Below, piece after piece: positions 31,961-45,872 of a stretch of 64,000 bases of DNA. The position numbers were made by a program, and so were the translations under genes. The stretch covers positions 202,740,001 through 202,804,000 of the forward strand of contig OZ024740.1 of assembly GCA_964016885.1 (NCBI GenBank). Reading direction: 5' to 3'. The notes beneath the pieces were generated by a model. The model was not told the DNA's origin and searched no databases. It saw nothing but the letters and a program-made list of their open reading frames with translations. The DNA comes from Eledone cirrhosa. Lineage: Eukaryota. How positions within the stretch are numbered: position 1 is the stretch's first letter; each line of letters begins with the position of its first letter.

Positions 31961-33160
31961 GTATTTATATTACTCTATATATACTATTTATATTTTCATG
32001 GTAAAGGCTTTATCTCACATAATATTGAATCTATGAGATTTTGATATTATTTATTTCAAGAACAATACCTTAACATTGGTATGAGCAACCAGCTAGAGCT
32101 GGTTTAAACTGAAAGAAATGATAAAATTCTGGCTGGAAACGGCCGGTTTAAATGCTAAAAGGTTAAGACACAAGGCCAGCAATTTTGTGGAACAGGGAAG
32201 TTAATCATATTGGCCGTTAGTACATCACTGGTACTTTATTTTATCAACTCTAGAAGGATGAAAGGCAAAGTCAATCTTACCAAGCATTTTTACCAGTGCC
32301 CTAATGTCAAAAACAACAATGACAACAGCAACAATAGCAACAACAACAGTAGCAACAACAACACCAACAACAAGCTGCAAAACAGATAAGTGCCAGCAGA
32401 ATAAAATATTGATAATTTAATATATTCATTCATTGCTTGTGAGTTATCTTTTCCAAGATAAAAATCACTATTTCCATGGCAACCAGAAGATACTTTATGC
32501 TTTGAAAATAAGATGGGGGTGGGGCTGGGGTACCATATATGCTAATTATGAGAGATATTTGAGAACATAATTTATAATTTTTTTTATGTCTATCAAATGT
32601 CATGGCATATATATGTACAGATGTGTGTATATGTGAGAGTATGTATGTGTATATGTGTGTACATATGTGTACGTATGTATGCATGTGCATAATGTAGAGG
32701 ATATATATTTCAGGAAGTGAAAAATGTAAAATGAATATATATATGTGCATGTATGTGTATAACAAATAATATACAAGAGATAGCTGATTAAAAATCAATA
32801 ACAACTAGTTTCACATAGGAGCAGAAATAACAATTAAAATGTTAGAGAATACAGAGGGGAAAGAACAATGGTCTCACCCAAGGGAATAAAGAAATAAAAA
32901 TTGGCCAGTAAAAAAAAACAAACTGATTGCTATTATTATTATTAAGGGCCGTGGATAGGCGGAATCGGTAGAGCATCGAACAAAATGCTTTGCAGTATTT
33001 AGTTATGGCCCTTTACATTATGAGTTCAAATACCGACGAGGTTAGCTTTGCTTTCATCCTTACGGGGTCGATAAAATAAAGCACCAGTAACATACTGGGT
33101 CAATTTAATCGACTTTCCCCTCCCCCCAAATGACTGGCCTTGTGCCTATATAAGAAACCA

Positions 33161-33720
33161 TTATTATTATTATTATTGTGAATTTGATATCTTAGTCATT
33201 AATGTTATTTACCTGGTAAATTTGCCCTAATGAACATCAAGCCACTACCTGCAGCCTCAGATATTCAGAACATATTGAAGGTTCCTTGCTGTTCTCACTA
33301 GACATGCCTTTTGAAGTGTTTCAATAAAGGGGGCTAGGCTAATGTTCTTTAACCAGCCTTGGAAACTCTTCAAGATAGTACCCAGTGCTCCTATGATGAT
33401 AAGGATGACCTTGATCTCATGACAGTCCCAAATCCTTTTCAGTTCCCACTTTAGATCCTCATACCAGTTAATTTTGTCCTCTTTTTCTTGCACTCTTGTG
33501 TCAAAGGGGCAAGTTACATCAATAACCAAGCAAAATCTTCTTTCCCTGTCAAAAACCACCAGATCAGGTCTGTTGTGTTTTAATTCTTTGTCTGTTTGTA
33601 TCCTGAAATTTTCCAGCACCTTCACTCGATTGTTTTCTATCACCGACTCTAGCTTATGCTTATACCATTTCTCAGAATGAGGTAAATTATTCAGATTGCA
33701 TAAATGCCAGTGGATCATTA
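33161..33720 (-). mobile_element. R4/Dong-like non-LTR element 3' end (restriction-like endonuclease)
   Basis: HNRPDLVVFD..VIDVTCPFD..EDKINWYEDL..IIIGALG; stop at 33257; (TAA)n tail. Confidence 0.85.
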
Positions 33721-35639
33721 AGAGAAATCCGAAGTGGTGTGCAAGAGAGAAGACTGCGTCGATATGGACATTATAGACCAAGCCAGTACTTAATCGGAGC
33801 TTGTTCTCTCGGACTAGTTGGGAGCCATGTCTCACATCCATATGTTCACGTTTTTTGCATGCTTTCTACGACTGAATGCCCAACCACATTACATAGTGTA
33901 TTGAGTACATTTTACTGTGGCACCAAATCTCAGGGGGTTGTCATGCCCTTGATACACTAAAGAGTCCTTTCAGCTTTTTATTTGACATGGATGTGCATTC
34001 TTAACACCAACCACTTTATAGAGAGTACTGAGTGCATTTTAATGAGGTACCAGCACTAGAAGGGATATCATGTTCATGATACAACTGATCAGTCCCCCTA
34101 ACCTATTCTTTGGAATGGTTTCTATAGCTGGATGCTCTTTCTATCACCAACCACTTTACAGAAGATCTTATCATGGTACCAGCACTATGGAGGTTGTCAG
34201 TCCATTGACTTGCCTGAAAGGACATCCTGCCACTATTGTTAGTGTTGAAAAAAATCTATACAACAGAATAAACTGGGTTACTTTAATGTTCAACTTCAAA
34301 CAAATGAAATATTTGTCTCTGAATGGGTTTCTATTTGTTAGGATGTTAAGCTAACAGTAACCTAAAGTATGTGGGCCGCAGTACCCCTGATAGTCAATAT
34401 AAAGGTTCTCTCACACTTCAAACATGTCAGCATGAAGGACATGGACATGATTAGCATTGATGATGATGGCAGTGGTGACAATGATGATGATAAAGGTGGT
34501 GATGGTGATAGCGGTGCCAACAATGATGTGGGGGAGGATCAAGACAATGATGATGATTATGACAACAATAAAAACAACTGACATGATATTTTTATATTTA
34601 AACTTCTTCTAGTAGTTTCCTTGGATGTGACCTTCCTCCACCACTGCCACCACCACCTCCTCCACTACCACCACCACCACCAACACCACCATAGATAGCA
34701 TCTAAAATATCCATGAATTTCTACTATGTTCACAAATTAAACACCAGATATTCCTAAAACAACAAACCGCTCAAGGTCTTCTTATTGTGTGTGTGGGGGT
34801 GGGGAGTTAGCTTCTACAAAGACACACGCACACACATGTATTGGACCTCTGTCTCTTCCAATGAGTAATCCAGTTATTTAAACAATGGAACATCTTGCTT
34901 GTGAAATTGACATGCAAGTGGCTGAGCATTCCACAGACACATGTATCCTTAACATAGTTCTCAGGGAGATTCAGAATGACACAGTGTGTGACAAGGCTGA
35001 TCTTTTGAATTACAGGTACAACTCATTTTTCCAGCTGAGTGGACTGGAGCAACGGGAAATAAAGTACCTTGCTCAAGGACACAACATACCACCAAGAATT
35101 GAACTCAGGATTGTATGATCATAAACCAAACACCCTAACCACTAAGTCATTCACCTTTACTGACACACAAACACACACAAATTTACTTTCCTCTTTAATA
35201 CATGCATGCATTTTATATGCACATGTACACACATATACATACAAACTCACATACACACACATGCATGTGCATATATACACACACATGTATGCACACACAT
35301 ATACACACATGCATGCATACATGTACATATACACATGCACACATATATACACATACACCAATTTACTTCTCCCATAAAGGTCAACTTTGCCTTTCATCTG
35401 TTCAGGGTCAATAAAATGAAAGACAAGTCCAGTGCTGCAAAGCAAACTCTAGTCGAAGTTACAATCATCATCATTTTACAACTGCTTTCCTTGCTGGCAT
35501 GGGTTGGACAGGTTATCACACCCTGTTAATTACATCTTGCTAATATGTTCTATAATTTGGTGAGATTTCTACAGCTGGAAGAAACCCTTTCTAATGCCAA
35601 CTAGAGTATACTAGTTGCATTTTATCATAGCATAAGCAC

Positions 35640-36085
35640 AACTACTTTACAAAGTGTACGAAATGTATTTTATCATGTTATCAACTCTACCATTTTACAG
35701 ACTGTACTGGGTGTATTTTATCATGACACCAGCACTACCACTTAACAAAATGTACTGGGTGTGTTTTATCATGACACCAGCACTACCACTTAACAAAATG
35801 TACTGGGTGTATTTTATCATGATACCAGTACTAACACTTAACAAAATGTACTGGGTGTATTTTATCATGATACCAGTACTAACACTTTACAGAATGTACT
35901 GGGTTTATTTTATCATGACACCAGCACTACCACTTAACAAAATGTACTGGGTGTATTTTATCATGATACCACTACTAACACTTTACAGAATGTACTGGGT
36001 ATATTTTATCATGACACCAGTACTAACACTTTACAGAATGTACTGGGTATATTTTATCATGACACCAGTACTAACACTTTACAGA
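35640..36085. repeat. 48-bp minisatellite (~9 units)
   Basis: Unit tgtactgggtgtattttatcatgacaccagcactaccacttaacaaaa; produces the 16-aa periodic ORF. Confidence 0.92.
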
Positions 36086-36609
36086 AAATTCATGGCACTT
36101 TTCACACATTGAACATAGAAATAAAAACAGTTCTAGCTTCCAACATATAGCTGTCAACATAGAAAGTAGGATTTGCTCAACTGTAGTCCAGTTAGTTCTT
36201 TAATTTGGGATCTGTTCAACAGAAATACAGTTGGGGTGGACGCAGCATGACCAAATGATGTAAGTTTACCCTGCAATCAAAAGGTCCCAGGTTCAATCCT
36301 ACTGTATGACATCTTGGACAAGTGTCATTTACTATAGCCATGAGGTTGACCCCAGCCTTGTGAGTGAAATTGGGTTAGACAGAGACTATTTGGAAGCTAT
36401 CACATGGATATTGTACATGTAATTCAATGGGCCAGCCTTGTCTCACACTATATGTCAGACTGAAGCTTACTGAGAAGCAAGTTCAAGAGACATATGTGTG
36501 GAACTCTCAGCCACTTTGCATGTTAATTTCATGAGTAGGCTACTCCACTTTTTGAACAACCGGAATAATCATCATCAAAACTGACTGAGCCCCATTTTAT
36601 TACAATGCA

Positions 36610-36960
36610 GGTGTGAGAAACCTTTACACAGTGAAACATTTACTAAACAAAAATATTACTGGGTGTGAGATTTGGAAGAAAATATTCTCTTTGAAACACC
36701 AAATCTTCATACAAAAGGAGAAATATGTGGAAAATGTTTCAGTAAGAATTCAAAATGTGTTATCTACAAATGTAGTCACACTGGACAAAAAAAAACCCTT
36801 TTCATGATAAAATGTGGGAAATCTTTCATCAAGAACTTGAAACTTATTATCCACAAATGTAGTCACACAGGAGAAAAGCCTTTCAGTGTGAAATATATGA
36901 GAAATCCTTTGTCTCTATAATTATTTTAACTAAGCACAAACAAGTACACACAAGAGAAAT
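36610..36960 (+). pseudogene. decayed C2H2 zinc-finger array
   Basis: EICGKCFS..SHTGQKKP and KCGKSFIKNLKLIIHKCSHTGEKPFS, with frameshifts and stops. Confidence 0.75.
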
Positions 36961-37905
36961 GTAATCTACATTTTACTTCTAGTATATATGTATGTGTGTG
37001 CCGTGTTTATGTCCTATAACTTAGTGATTCAACAAAAAAGTTATGATAAAATAAGTACCAAACTTGAAAAAATATGTGCCAGAGTTGATATGATCGACTA
37101 AATCAATACAGTGCTTCAGTATGGCTGCGGTCTAATGACAGAAACCCATAAAAGAATATACATTGTTGCCAAACAAAAAGTTGGGAGGACCTTTCAGTTG
37201 TGACATGACAATCTCCTTTGTCTGGGTTGATCTACACAATAAATGCAACTAGTACACAGTGTAAAGTGGTTGGTGATAGGAAGGGCATCCAGTCATAGAC
37301 AGCTTGTCAAAACCCTCCAGTTGTGTCAAAGACCTGACAACATTTCTAGTGCTGGTGTCATAAAATGCACTTGGTAGAGCACAAAACCGTATGTGAGATG
37401 CAAACCTGGCAGCATAATAATGATACAAGATATCCTGTTCAGAATTTGTTTCCTCAATTCTTCTTTCAATAAAGCGATTTCATCCTGAAATATATATTCT
37501 ATCAAATAACTCCAAGGTAATATTCCAACATCTTTATTATCATTATTTTAACATTTAATGTCCCATTTACATTGCTATAGCCACCTAATAAAACCTAATA
37601 AAACCCAGTATATTTTATATTGTTATGATATTGTACTTGAGAGGAAAATGGTGTTGATAAAGCTGGAGAGATTAGGGAGAGATGTAATATTGTGTGTATA
37701 TAGCACTTTAATACATATGTGTATATGTACGTGTGTATATATAGCATGTCACTACATTATACGGTCTATATGTGTGTGTGTAGCACTTCACTTTAACTTT
37801 TCCTTTCATCCTTACGGGGTCGATAAAATAAAGTACCAGTAATGTACTGGGTATTTGGTGGCCTTGTGCCAAAAGTAGAAACAACTATATAATACTGTGT
37901 ATGAA

Positions 37906-37953
<48 letters not shown>

Positions 37954-38034
37954 TAAAGTTAGTCCTTCATCAGTGATCTTCCAACCATCATTGGTATTTC
38001 ATCGCTTTAATATATATAGAGCACTTCACTTTGT

Positions 38035-38352
38035 GAAAGCACATGGCTTAGAGTGTCCAGGTCAAGAATGTAAAGTCATGAGTTCGATTCCCAGCAGCAT
38101 GTTGTGTTCTTGGACATGACAATTTATTCCACGTTGCTCCAGTTCGCTGAGCTGGTAAAGATGAGTACTACCTATAATATTCAATAGACCAACCATGTCA
38201 CAAAACGTATCACGCTGAATCTCCCTGAGAATTATGTTAGGGGTACACATGTCTGTGGAATGCTCAGCCACTTACACGATAATTTCATGGGCATACTGAT
38301 CCATTGATCGGACAAGTGGAACACTTTTCGTCGTTGAAACCGACGGAAGTCC
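38035..38352 (+). mobile_element. second tRNA-derived SINE family
   Basis: tggcttag..gagttcgattcc head and body tgtctgtggaatgctcagccactt; copies near 11970(-), 34850(-), 36236, 43310, 46500 and 48290. Confidence 0.75.
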
Positions 38353-38631
38353 ATGTATGTGTGTACACTACATAATACTGTGTGTTATGTGTGTATAGCA
38401 CTTTGCCACATATACTCTGAGTGTGCGGATTTGGTGGACGAAAATGTATACGTATGTGCGTATATATATATATATATATATATAGATATATATATATATA
38501 TATATAGATATATATATGCGCACATACATACACATTTTCGTATATATATATATATATAGTGAAAATTTGAACGGGAACAAAAACAGAGAGTCAGACAAAT
38601 AAAGGTTTATTAGGTTCACGCTCTTGAGAGT

Positions 38632-38662
<31 letters not shown>

Positions 38663-38722
38663 TATATATATATAATTCAATTGATATTAAATAAGTGGAA
38701 TCTATATTTATAAAACCATATT

Positions 38723-38785
38723 TATTCTATTATATATATTTCAAGGGTACCAAAAATTTTTGGTACGCTATCATCAGATAAAATA
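38723..38785 (-). ncRNA. minimal hammerhead ribozyme, family A
   Basis: Reverse complement reads TATTTTAT-CTGATGA-TAGCGTACCAAAAATTTTTGGTACCCTT-GAAA-TATATAT-A-ATAGAATA. Confidence 0.75.
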
Positions 38786-40447
38786 CAAAATGTTTTATAA
38801 ATATTTGACATGACCAAGGATGATATATCTTAACGGTTCAAGTTATCCTTGGAAAGTCTAATGAATACTTACTCCAGAAATATCTCTTATACATATATAT
38901 ATATATAGTTTCCATTTGTTAATATCGTATATATATATATATATATCGAATGGATGATATTGTGTGTGAATGTGTATATGTATGTGTCACTGTATATGCT
39001 GTATATGTATAGATCGTATGGATACCGTGTATGTGTGTGTGCACGCATAGATCCGATGTAGAAGACTAATAATAATAATTGTTTCTACTTTTGACACAAG
39101 GCCAGCATCATCCCAGTACATTACTGGTACTTTATTTTATCGACCCCATAAGGATGAAAGGCAAAGTTAACCTCGGCGGGATTTGAATAATAGGACGATT
39201 TGTTGTCTTCATTACGTTTATTGAGTAGTGACACGTGTTTGTACACCTCGTTACAGACGGGAAACTACGCATCGACTGCTCACATTACACTCCCTATATA
39301 TATATATATATATAATATATATATATATTCAATGTATACGTCTGTGTGTGTGTGTGCGTGTGTATACAGATCGGTTGGATTAGGCTGTCTGTGCGTGTGT
39401 TTTTGTATCAACCTAATCGTAATCTACCAATTCGCAAGTGTATCTACCTCAGTGAAATATCTAAAAATATGTATTTTAAGAAATTAACGATCATAATCAC
39501 CGTTTAAAGTCTATTATTCATGCTTGTATGGGTCAGACGGGTTGTCAACGTTGTGAAGCCAGATTTATGACGAAACTATAGTTATATGTTCAATAATACA
39601 TACCAGCAAACACAATAAACAATAACAGGAACGACATGACAAACTACAACAACAATAACAGTAAGAGATGTAATTGTGACGTCTGACAGTCACAATAACA
39701 GCCAACTGCGCAATCAACAACACTACCACCACTGGTTGCTGTTAACACACGCATTATTAAACACCTTCTTTCTATATTAACGCCGTCCTATCTAGTCTGT
39801 GGGAGTCCGTTACAAAATTACCAGGAGAGACTCCTCTAAAACAAAAACCCTTATACATAGTAAAAAAAAAACAAAAAAAAAAACAATACAGATTTTGAAT
39901 ATATAGGTTGAGTTTATTGTTTATCGCGGAAATTACATTTCATGTTAGCTATTAGAAATGTAAAATAAAAAAAAAACTGTAAATAGATTTTGTTTTATCC
40001 TTTATCTTTTACTGTTTTATTATTTACTATGTGGTTTCTATTTGGTAGGAGTGGGTATCTTATGTGGGTAGATGGGGTGAGTCAAGCCACGATCCAAGTC
40101 TGCAGTTCCCAACCTGCTAACTTGAAACACAATGTAAAGTACTTTGTTATATACACACACTATTGGATATCCATTCTTTAACTGTAAAAAAACAACTCTG
40201 TTTGAATTGTTATTCTCAACGATTAACGATTGGGAGTGGAGTAACTGTAGCAAGAAGGGGCAGGGCATAGGGCAATTAATTAAAATAAAAGGATTCCTTT
40301 GTAGTGAAAAGGTTAGGAAACACTGGTCTAAGTGACCGTGATAAGGGTACCTTGATTCATTCATAGGGATCCAATGTTTATAGTCTGAGGAAGCAATTCC
40401 TTATTTATGTAACACACAACTCTCTCCTATATATATATATATATATG

Positions 40448-40640
40448 TTTGATATACAAATGGCTTCTACAGGACTAGAACTGTTTCATTCGGGAGAAAT
40501 CATCAGTACTTCCTGATGATTTCTCCCGAAATAAACAGTTCTAGTCCTGTAGAAGCCATTTCTATATTAAATATTTATACTATGCTATGTATTGAGTACC
40601 TTACTTACTGTGGTTACCCCCGATTGAACCCGAGATAAAC
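40448..40640 (+). mobile_element. head-to-head hammerhead palindrome (family C) plus tail
   Basis: Centre tcatcag-tacttc-ctgatga at 40500-40519; arms 40448-40570; tail ..gtattgagtacc..ggttacccccgattgaacc. Confidence 0.8.
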
Positions 40641-41058
40641 ATATATATATATATAAGAATAAATTTAGTGTTTGGGTTTTTACTGGTTTTTCCACGGGAT
40701 AAACACTCAACAAAGCTGAGAATATAAATTTCTCTCTCCATAACAACCTGCGCTATAACTGCTACTGCCAATGTGTACGTGTGCGCGTACACACACACAC
40801 ACAAGTATGAGGTATCAAAACATATCAAATATGTTTGATTTTTGTGTTTCTCAAATAAAAAGCTCACCAGACTTTGTTCAGAGCTCTAATAATTCAAAAT
40901 TAAGATATATATATATATATGAGATAGAGAGAGAAGGACCATATATCCAGAATACACAATATATTGTATAATACATATATATACACAATACATTGTATAA
41001 TACATATATATATAGAGAGAAGGGCCATATATCCAGGGGAATACACAATATATTGTAT

Positions 41059-41174
<116 letters not shown>

Positions 41175-41474
41175 ATATATCCAGGAGAATACACAATATA
41201 TTATATAACAAATACATAACCGTAACAACGTAAGCTTCAGCAAGGCTAGAAAGACGCTGAAAAACACTATATTCTGTTGTCTACTAATAAAAGGTAGACC
41301 TCCTACCATCAATCACCTTGATGGCCAAGAGACCCACATGGAAAGAGGGAACAAGGGACAAAAGCCATACAGACCCCTGGAAACCATGAAATTAAATAGT
41401 GCGTATGTTTTTCTTGGCAAAATGACCATCCCTAAATCTAACAATATATATATATATTAATTGTTGAAATTAAT

Positions 41475-41506
<32 letters not shown>

Positions 41507-41548
41507 ATAGCGTACGTCAAAGCTTATTTGTAAAACTGTTATATATTG

Positions 41549-41613
41549 TATTTTGTCTGATGAAGGCATACCATAATTTAATTTGGTATCCCTGAAATAT
41601 GTATAATGAAATA
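41549..41613 (+). ncRNA. minimal hammerhead ribozyme, family A
   Basis: CTGATGA at 41557-41563, ATACCA/TGGTAT stem II, GAAA at 41594-41597, AUA triplet. Confidence 0.75.
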
Positions 41614-41652
41614 AATATGGTTTTATAAATATAGTTTCCATTTATTAATATC

Positions 41653-41704
<52 letters not shown>

Positions 41705-41705
<1 letters not shown>

Positions 41706-42561
41706 CTATATATTAATTTCAACAATGTCAGTATTCCGTGTCATAATTCTCGATTATCATTGGTTCATAGGTTTCAAACGACCCCGTCCACCTCAACGAC
41801 GCCAAACTTAAATTAATATGCATAATGCCAATGAGGGAGTGAGAAGGAAGAGTAAGAAACAGAGAGGCAAAGTGAACGCTGTAACTATTACCATGTGTGC
41901 GTGTGTATGTACGTGCGCTTATGTTTATGTGTGTATGCGTGCGTGCGTGAAGCGTTCCACAGAAAGTAAAAGCAATTCAACTTTATCAAACAGTGAACTA
42001 CAGCGGGGACGGCGTGCAGCCAGGAATGAAGAAAAATGGGCCGAACAGCGCCATTGGAACGCCGAACTTCAGAGGCGAAGACGTGCCGCCATGAATGAAG
42101 AGGAGCTGGCTGAACAACGCCAACGAAACACTGGAACCAAGCAGCGACGGGGTGCTGCGATGGTTGAAGACGAACTGGCTGAGCATCATCATTTATATTA
42201 ATTATCTATATCTATATCTACATATAATATAAAAAATTGGAACTTCCATCATCCTTTTGAGAAACGTGGAACAACCACGTCTATGCAATGATACACGTTT
42301 TACAGTCAGGCAGAAGATGAACCATCTCCTAGAGGTCACTATTCTAGGTGGGAGCACCTAGAATTGTTCATATACTATGCACAAACGGTACAACGAAAAA
42401 TCTGGTATATCTGGAAGATTTTTTTTACTGTTTTTTGTATCACACAGACACCACGGACTCGCCTCATACTGTAACCAGACAAACATCCAATGCAGTCATT
42501 TTCTTTTACCTGTCTTCTCTTATCATCTGTTTACCCGAGTGAAGCTGGGTACGTCAGCTAG
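41705..42561 (+). mobile_element. composite non-autonomous Helitron
   Basis: TC-start motifs at 41705 and ~42205-42217; 3' hairpin tacccgagtgaagctgggta followed by CTAG|T at 42558-42561; charged repeat ORF at 41818-42201. Confidence 0.65.
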
Positions 42562-42860
42562 TATATATAATGTGTGTGTGAGCTGTGCCGAGACCTGGGG
42601 CACCAAAAAGCAGGAGAGTACTCTATGCACGAGAAGAAGCAGAGAAAGGGCTTGTCGAATACAAGCCGAAACCGCTAGGCGTCGAGGTCGGGTTTTTATC
42701 TTACTTTACCTTCCTTCCTCTCTCCCGAAGCGTTGAGACATTCATTTACTTCTTTTTTCTTTAACATCATTCTCAAGGATGAACCTAATAAGACTGTTTT
42801 TGCATCTCTGTGCTTGTATTGTTTATTCCTCAACTATACACACACACACACACACACACA

Positions 42861-43174
42861 CTGTGTACTCCCGGTTATTCGCGGAATTTTCCTAGAACCT
42901 AACAAATAATTATTCGTGGAAACCACCGCGTATTCACGGAATCGTAAATATCTTCCGCGGTTTTTTTTATGGCTTTTTTTCGTGGCAATATATATTTTTT
43001 AACGCTAAATTATTAATCACAATATACTGTATTTGCCGGCCTATTGGACGTCTCTTTTTTATTATTATATTTTGACATTTGTAGGCATTTTTATGGACCA
43101 CGTCCAATATTCGCGGTTTTTCACTCCTAGCGGGTGCTCTAGGAACATAACTCCCGCGAATACCAGGGGACAAC

Positions 43175-43176
<2 letters not shown>
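42861..43176. mobile_element. Tigger/pogo-like MITE
   Basis: Imperfect TIRs ctgtgtactcccggttattcgcgg and ccgcgaataccaggggacaactg. Confidence 0.6.
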
Positions 43177-43207
<31 letters not shown>

Positions 43208-44483
43208 CCGAGGCGTTAAACGGCAATTATGATGTTGATAACTTTCTTAAAATACATATTTTAAAATATTTTACTGAGATAAGCTTTCGATATGTAGATT
43301 ACGATTATGTTGGAGCCTGTGGCTTAGTGATTAGGGTATTCAGTTCAAGAAAGGTAGTAAGTTAGATTACTGGACAGGATGGACACATTGTGTGTTTGAG
43401 CATGATGTTTTGTTTCACCTTCTTTCAGATGACTCAACAGGTAAAAGTGAGTTGTACTTGTAAGTTAAAGGGTCAGCCATATCTCACGCGAATCTCCTTG
43501 ATAACTACGTTGAGTGTGGACATGTCTAGTGGAATGTTCGAGCAAGAAGTTCCGTTGACTGGATCAACTGGAGCACTCGTCGTTGGAAACGATGAAGGTT
43601 GAACAATAATACCGTTGCTAGCAGGGAAAACGGATGTTAAATGACGATGACGATGATTTGGTGGAAGGAAACTGCCTGGAAGCCCGTTGTACATGTGTGT
43701 GTGTGTGTTTATGTCACGTAACCAATCGGTTTGACAAAGAGAGATCGATAAAATAAATACGGCACTTGAAAAATAAAAAAAAGTCCTGTGATCGATAAGA
43801 TAAGGTGGTACCCCAGCATAGTGTCAGCCTAATGACTGAAACTAGTGAAAGTGTAAGCGATAACGTGGTTTTCTTAAAAAATACACCACGTACTGGGGTG
43901 TGTATTCGAGTTCTCTATATACAATACTAACTTAACTAGACAATTATTACATCAGACGGAGAGATCTCCCTCCCAAAGTAGGGTGGGTAAGAGATATCCT
44001 CTCTTGTGAAAATGGGTATAGCTTTCATTATGTAAAATCTCCCCATTTTGCTTCATTTCTCTCCGTTTTGGGGTACTTTATTTCATGGTACCCCGTTTGG
44101 GTTTTTAGAGGTTGGCAGGTCTGTGACATATTCATTATTTCTGGTGCTATATTATTGTTACCTTTAGTAATAATAATACAACTACAGAAATAGCAGGGGG
44201 AGGAGAGGTTCGATTGTAGGAGCTGCTATTATGGGAAGGAGTAAGCTGAGATATTACAAAAAGTTAATGGGTGTGTCTGTATTGACTGTAATCATGGTGG
44301 TGGAGAGAAGTGAATGGTGTGTTGTTTGTTGACATATAATATGGAATGTACATCCATCTGTTTCGATTACGGGTGTTCGATCAATGGAACAGCTTGCTCG
44401 TGAAATTAAAAGGTAAGACGCTGATATGTGTAGCCATAACGTAAATTAATTCTTGGCCAAAATCAACATGACAATGTGACACG

Positions 44484-44636
44484 CAGTGTCGGATTTACCT
44501 CTGTGCTTAGGTGTGCTTAAGCCAAGGGAAGAGAGCCCATCTTCCTGCCAAAAATATTTTTTACCTCCTTCAGGGCCCAAGTAAGGGGCCTCATAACAAC
44601 TAGTACAGGGCCTTATTTGTCCTAAATCCGGCACTG
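44484..44636. mobile_element. MITE, Harbinger-like TIRs
   Basis: cagtgtcggattta ... taaatccggcactg; related copy at 57790-57983. Confidence 0.65.
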
Positions 44637-44942
44637 GTGACACGGCTGGCCTTTTGAATTACAGGTACAGTCCACCATGTATTATAGTGAAAATGGTTGA
44701 GTATTTCACAAACATGAGTCCTCTTAATGTAATTTCCAGCGTCACACGGTGTAACGATGCTGGATCTATAAATTACAGGTATAGTCTATCCGACAGGCTT
44801 CGAAAGTTTCCATCTACGAAGTTTCACTCACAAGGCCATGCATGGTAAATGAAACTTGACCAAGATGTCACCGCAGTGAGATCGAACCTGGAACCTTACG
44901 ATTGCGAAGCGACCATATAATAGAGTAGGATTTGAAATACCG

Positions 44943-45126
44943 CAGGCCTGCCAACCTCTAAAAATGGCGTACCATGAAAAAAGTGCCCCAAACGGGGGAA
45001 AATGAGGCAAAATGGTAAGATTTTACATAATGAAAGCTATACCCATTTTCACAAGAGAAGACATCTGTCACCCACCCAAAGTGGGTGGGAGATCTCCCCG
45101 TTTGACGGGGAAAGTTGACAGGTCTG
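44943..45126 (-). mobile_element. MITE with CAGACCTG(T/C)CAAC TIRs
   Basis: caggcctgccaacc ... gttgacaggtctg; related copies at 43950-44123 and 55709-56094. Confidence 0.7.
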
Positions 45127-45820
45127 ACACCGTCATTGTAGTTGTTTGATCTTAGATCCAGCAGATCTAAGATCAAAGATGTTCCAGCTACGACTGTTCC
45201 ATCATTTCTTTAGAAACAGTGTATCTAGGACTACATTAACCAGTGTCTTCTTAGTGGTGGTGATGGGGGGGGGGTAATATTTGGCTGCTATGTCTCACAT
45301 TTCAAGAAAACTGCTAGAAATAGCTCATCTGGAATGCTGAACAATCACAACGAAGATTACACCTATATGGCCTTAGTTAACACGAACACCCCAAAAAACG
45401 CATAGTCTATTGCGTTGTGTGTGTGTGTATGTACACACACACATGTAAGCAAAAAGTACTCAATACATAGCGCAGAGTTAATATCAACTACATACATACA
45501 TGTGTATGTGTATGATTAAGAATGGTTTTCCGAAGAGGAACGGAAAAAAATTGCTGTTAAATAAGGTTTTCAAAACATTAGAAGAGAAAGTACAAATACA
45601 ATTTATTGATAAATTACTTTTACAGGACTGGAACTGTTTTATTCGATAGAAATCACCAGGACGTTCCTCATGATTTCAAACGAATGAAACAGTTCGTCTT
45701 CTAAAACTCACTTCTGTGTTTATATATATATATATATATATATAGAGGGAGAGAGAGGGGGGGGGGGCGAAAGAAAGAGACAGGTAAAATCTCGACCGCC
45801 GCACCAAGCGGTTTCGGCTA

Positions 45821-45872
<52 letters not shown>

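Noticed and set aside
32470-32483. RFX X-box-like motif atttccatggcaac
   Set aside because: A single imperfect motif with no supporting context.
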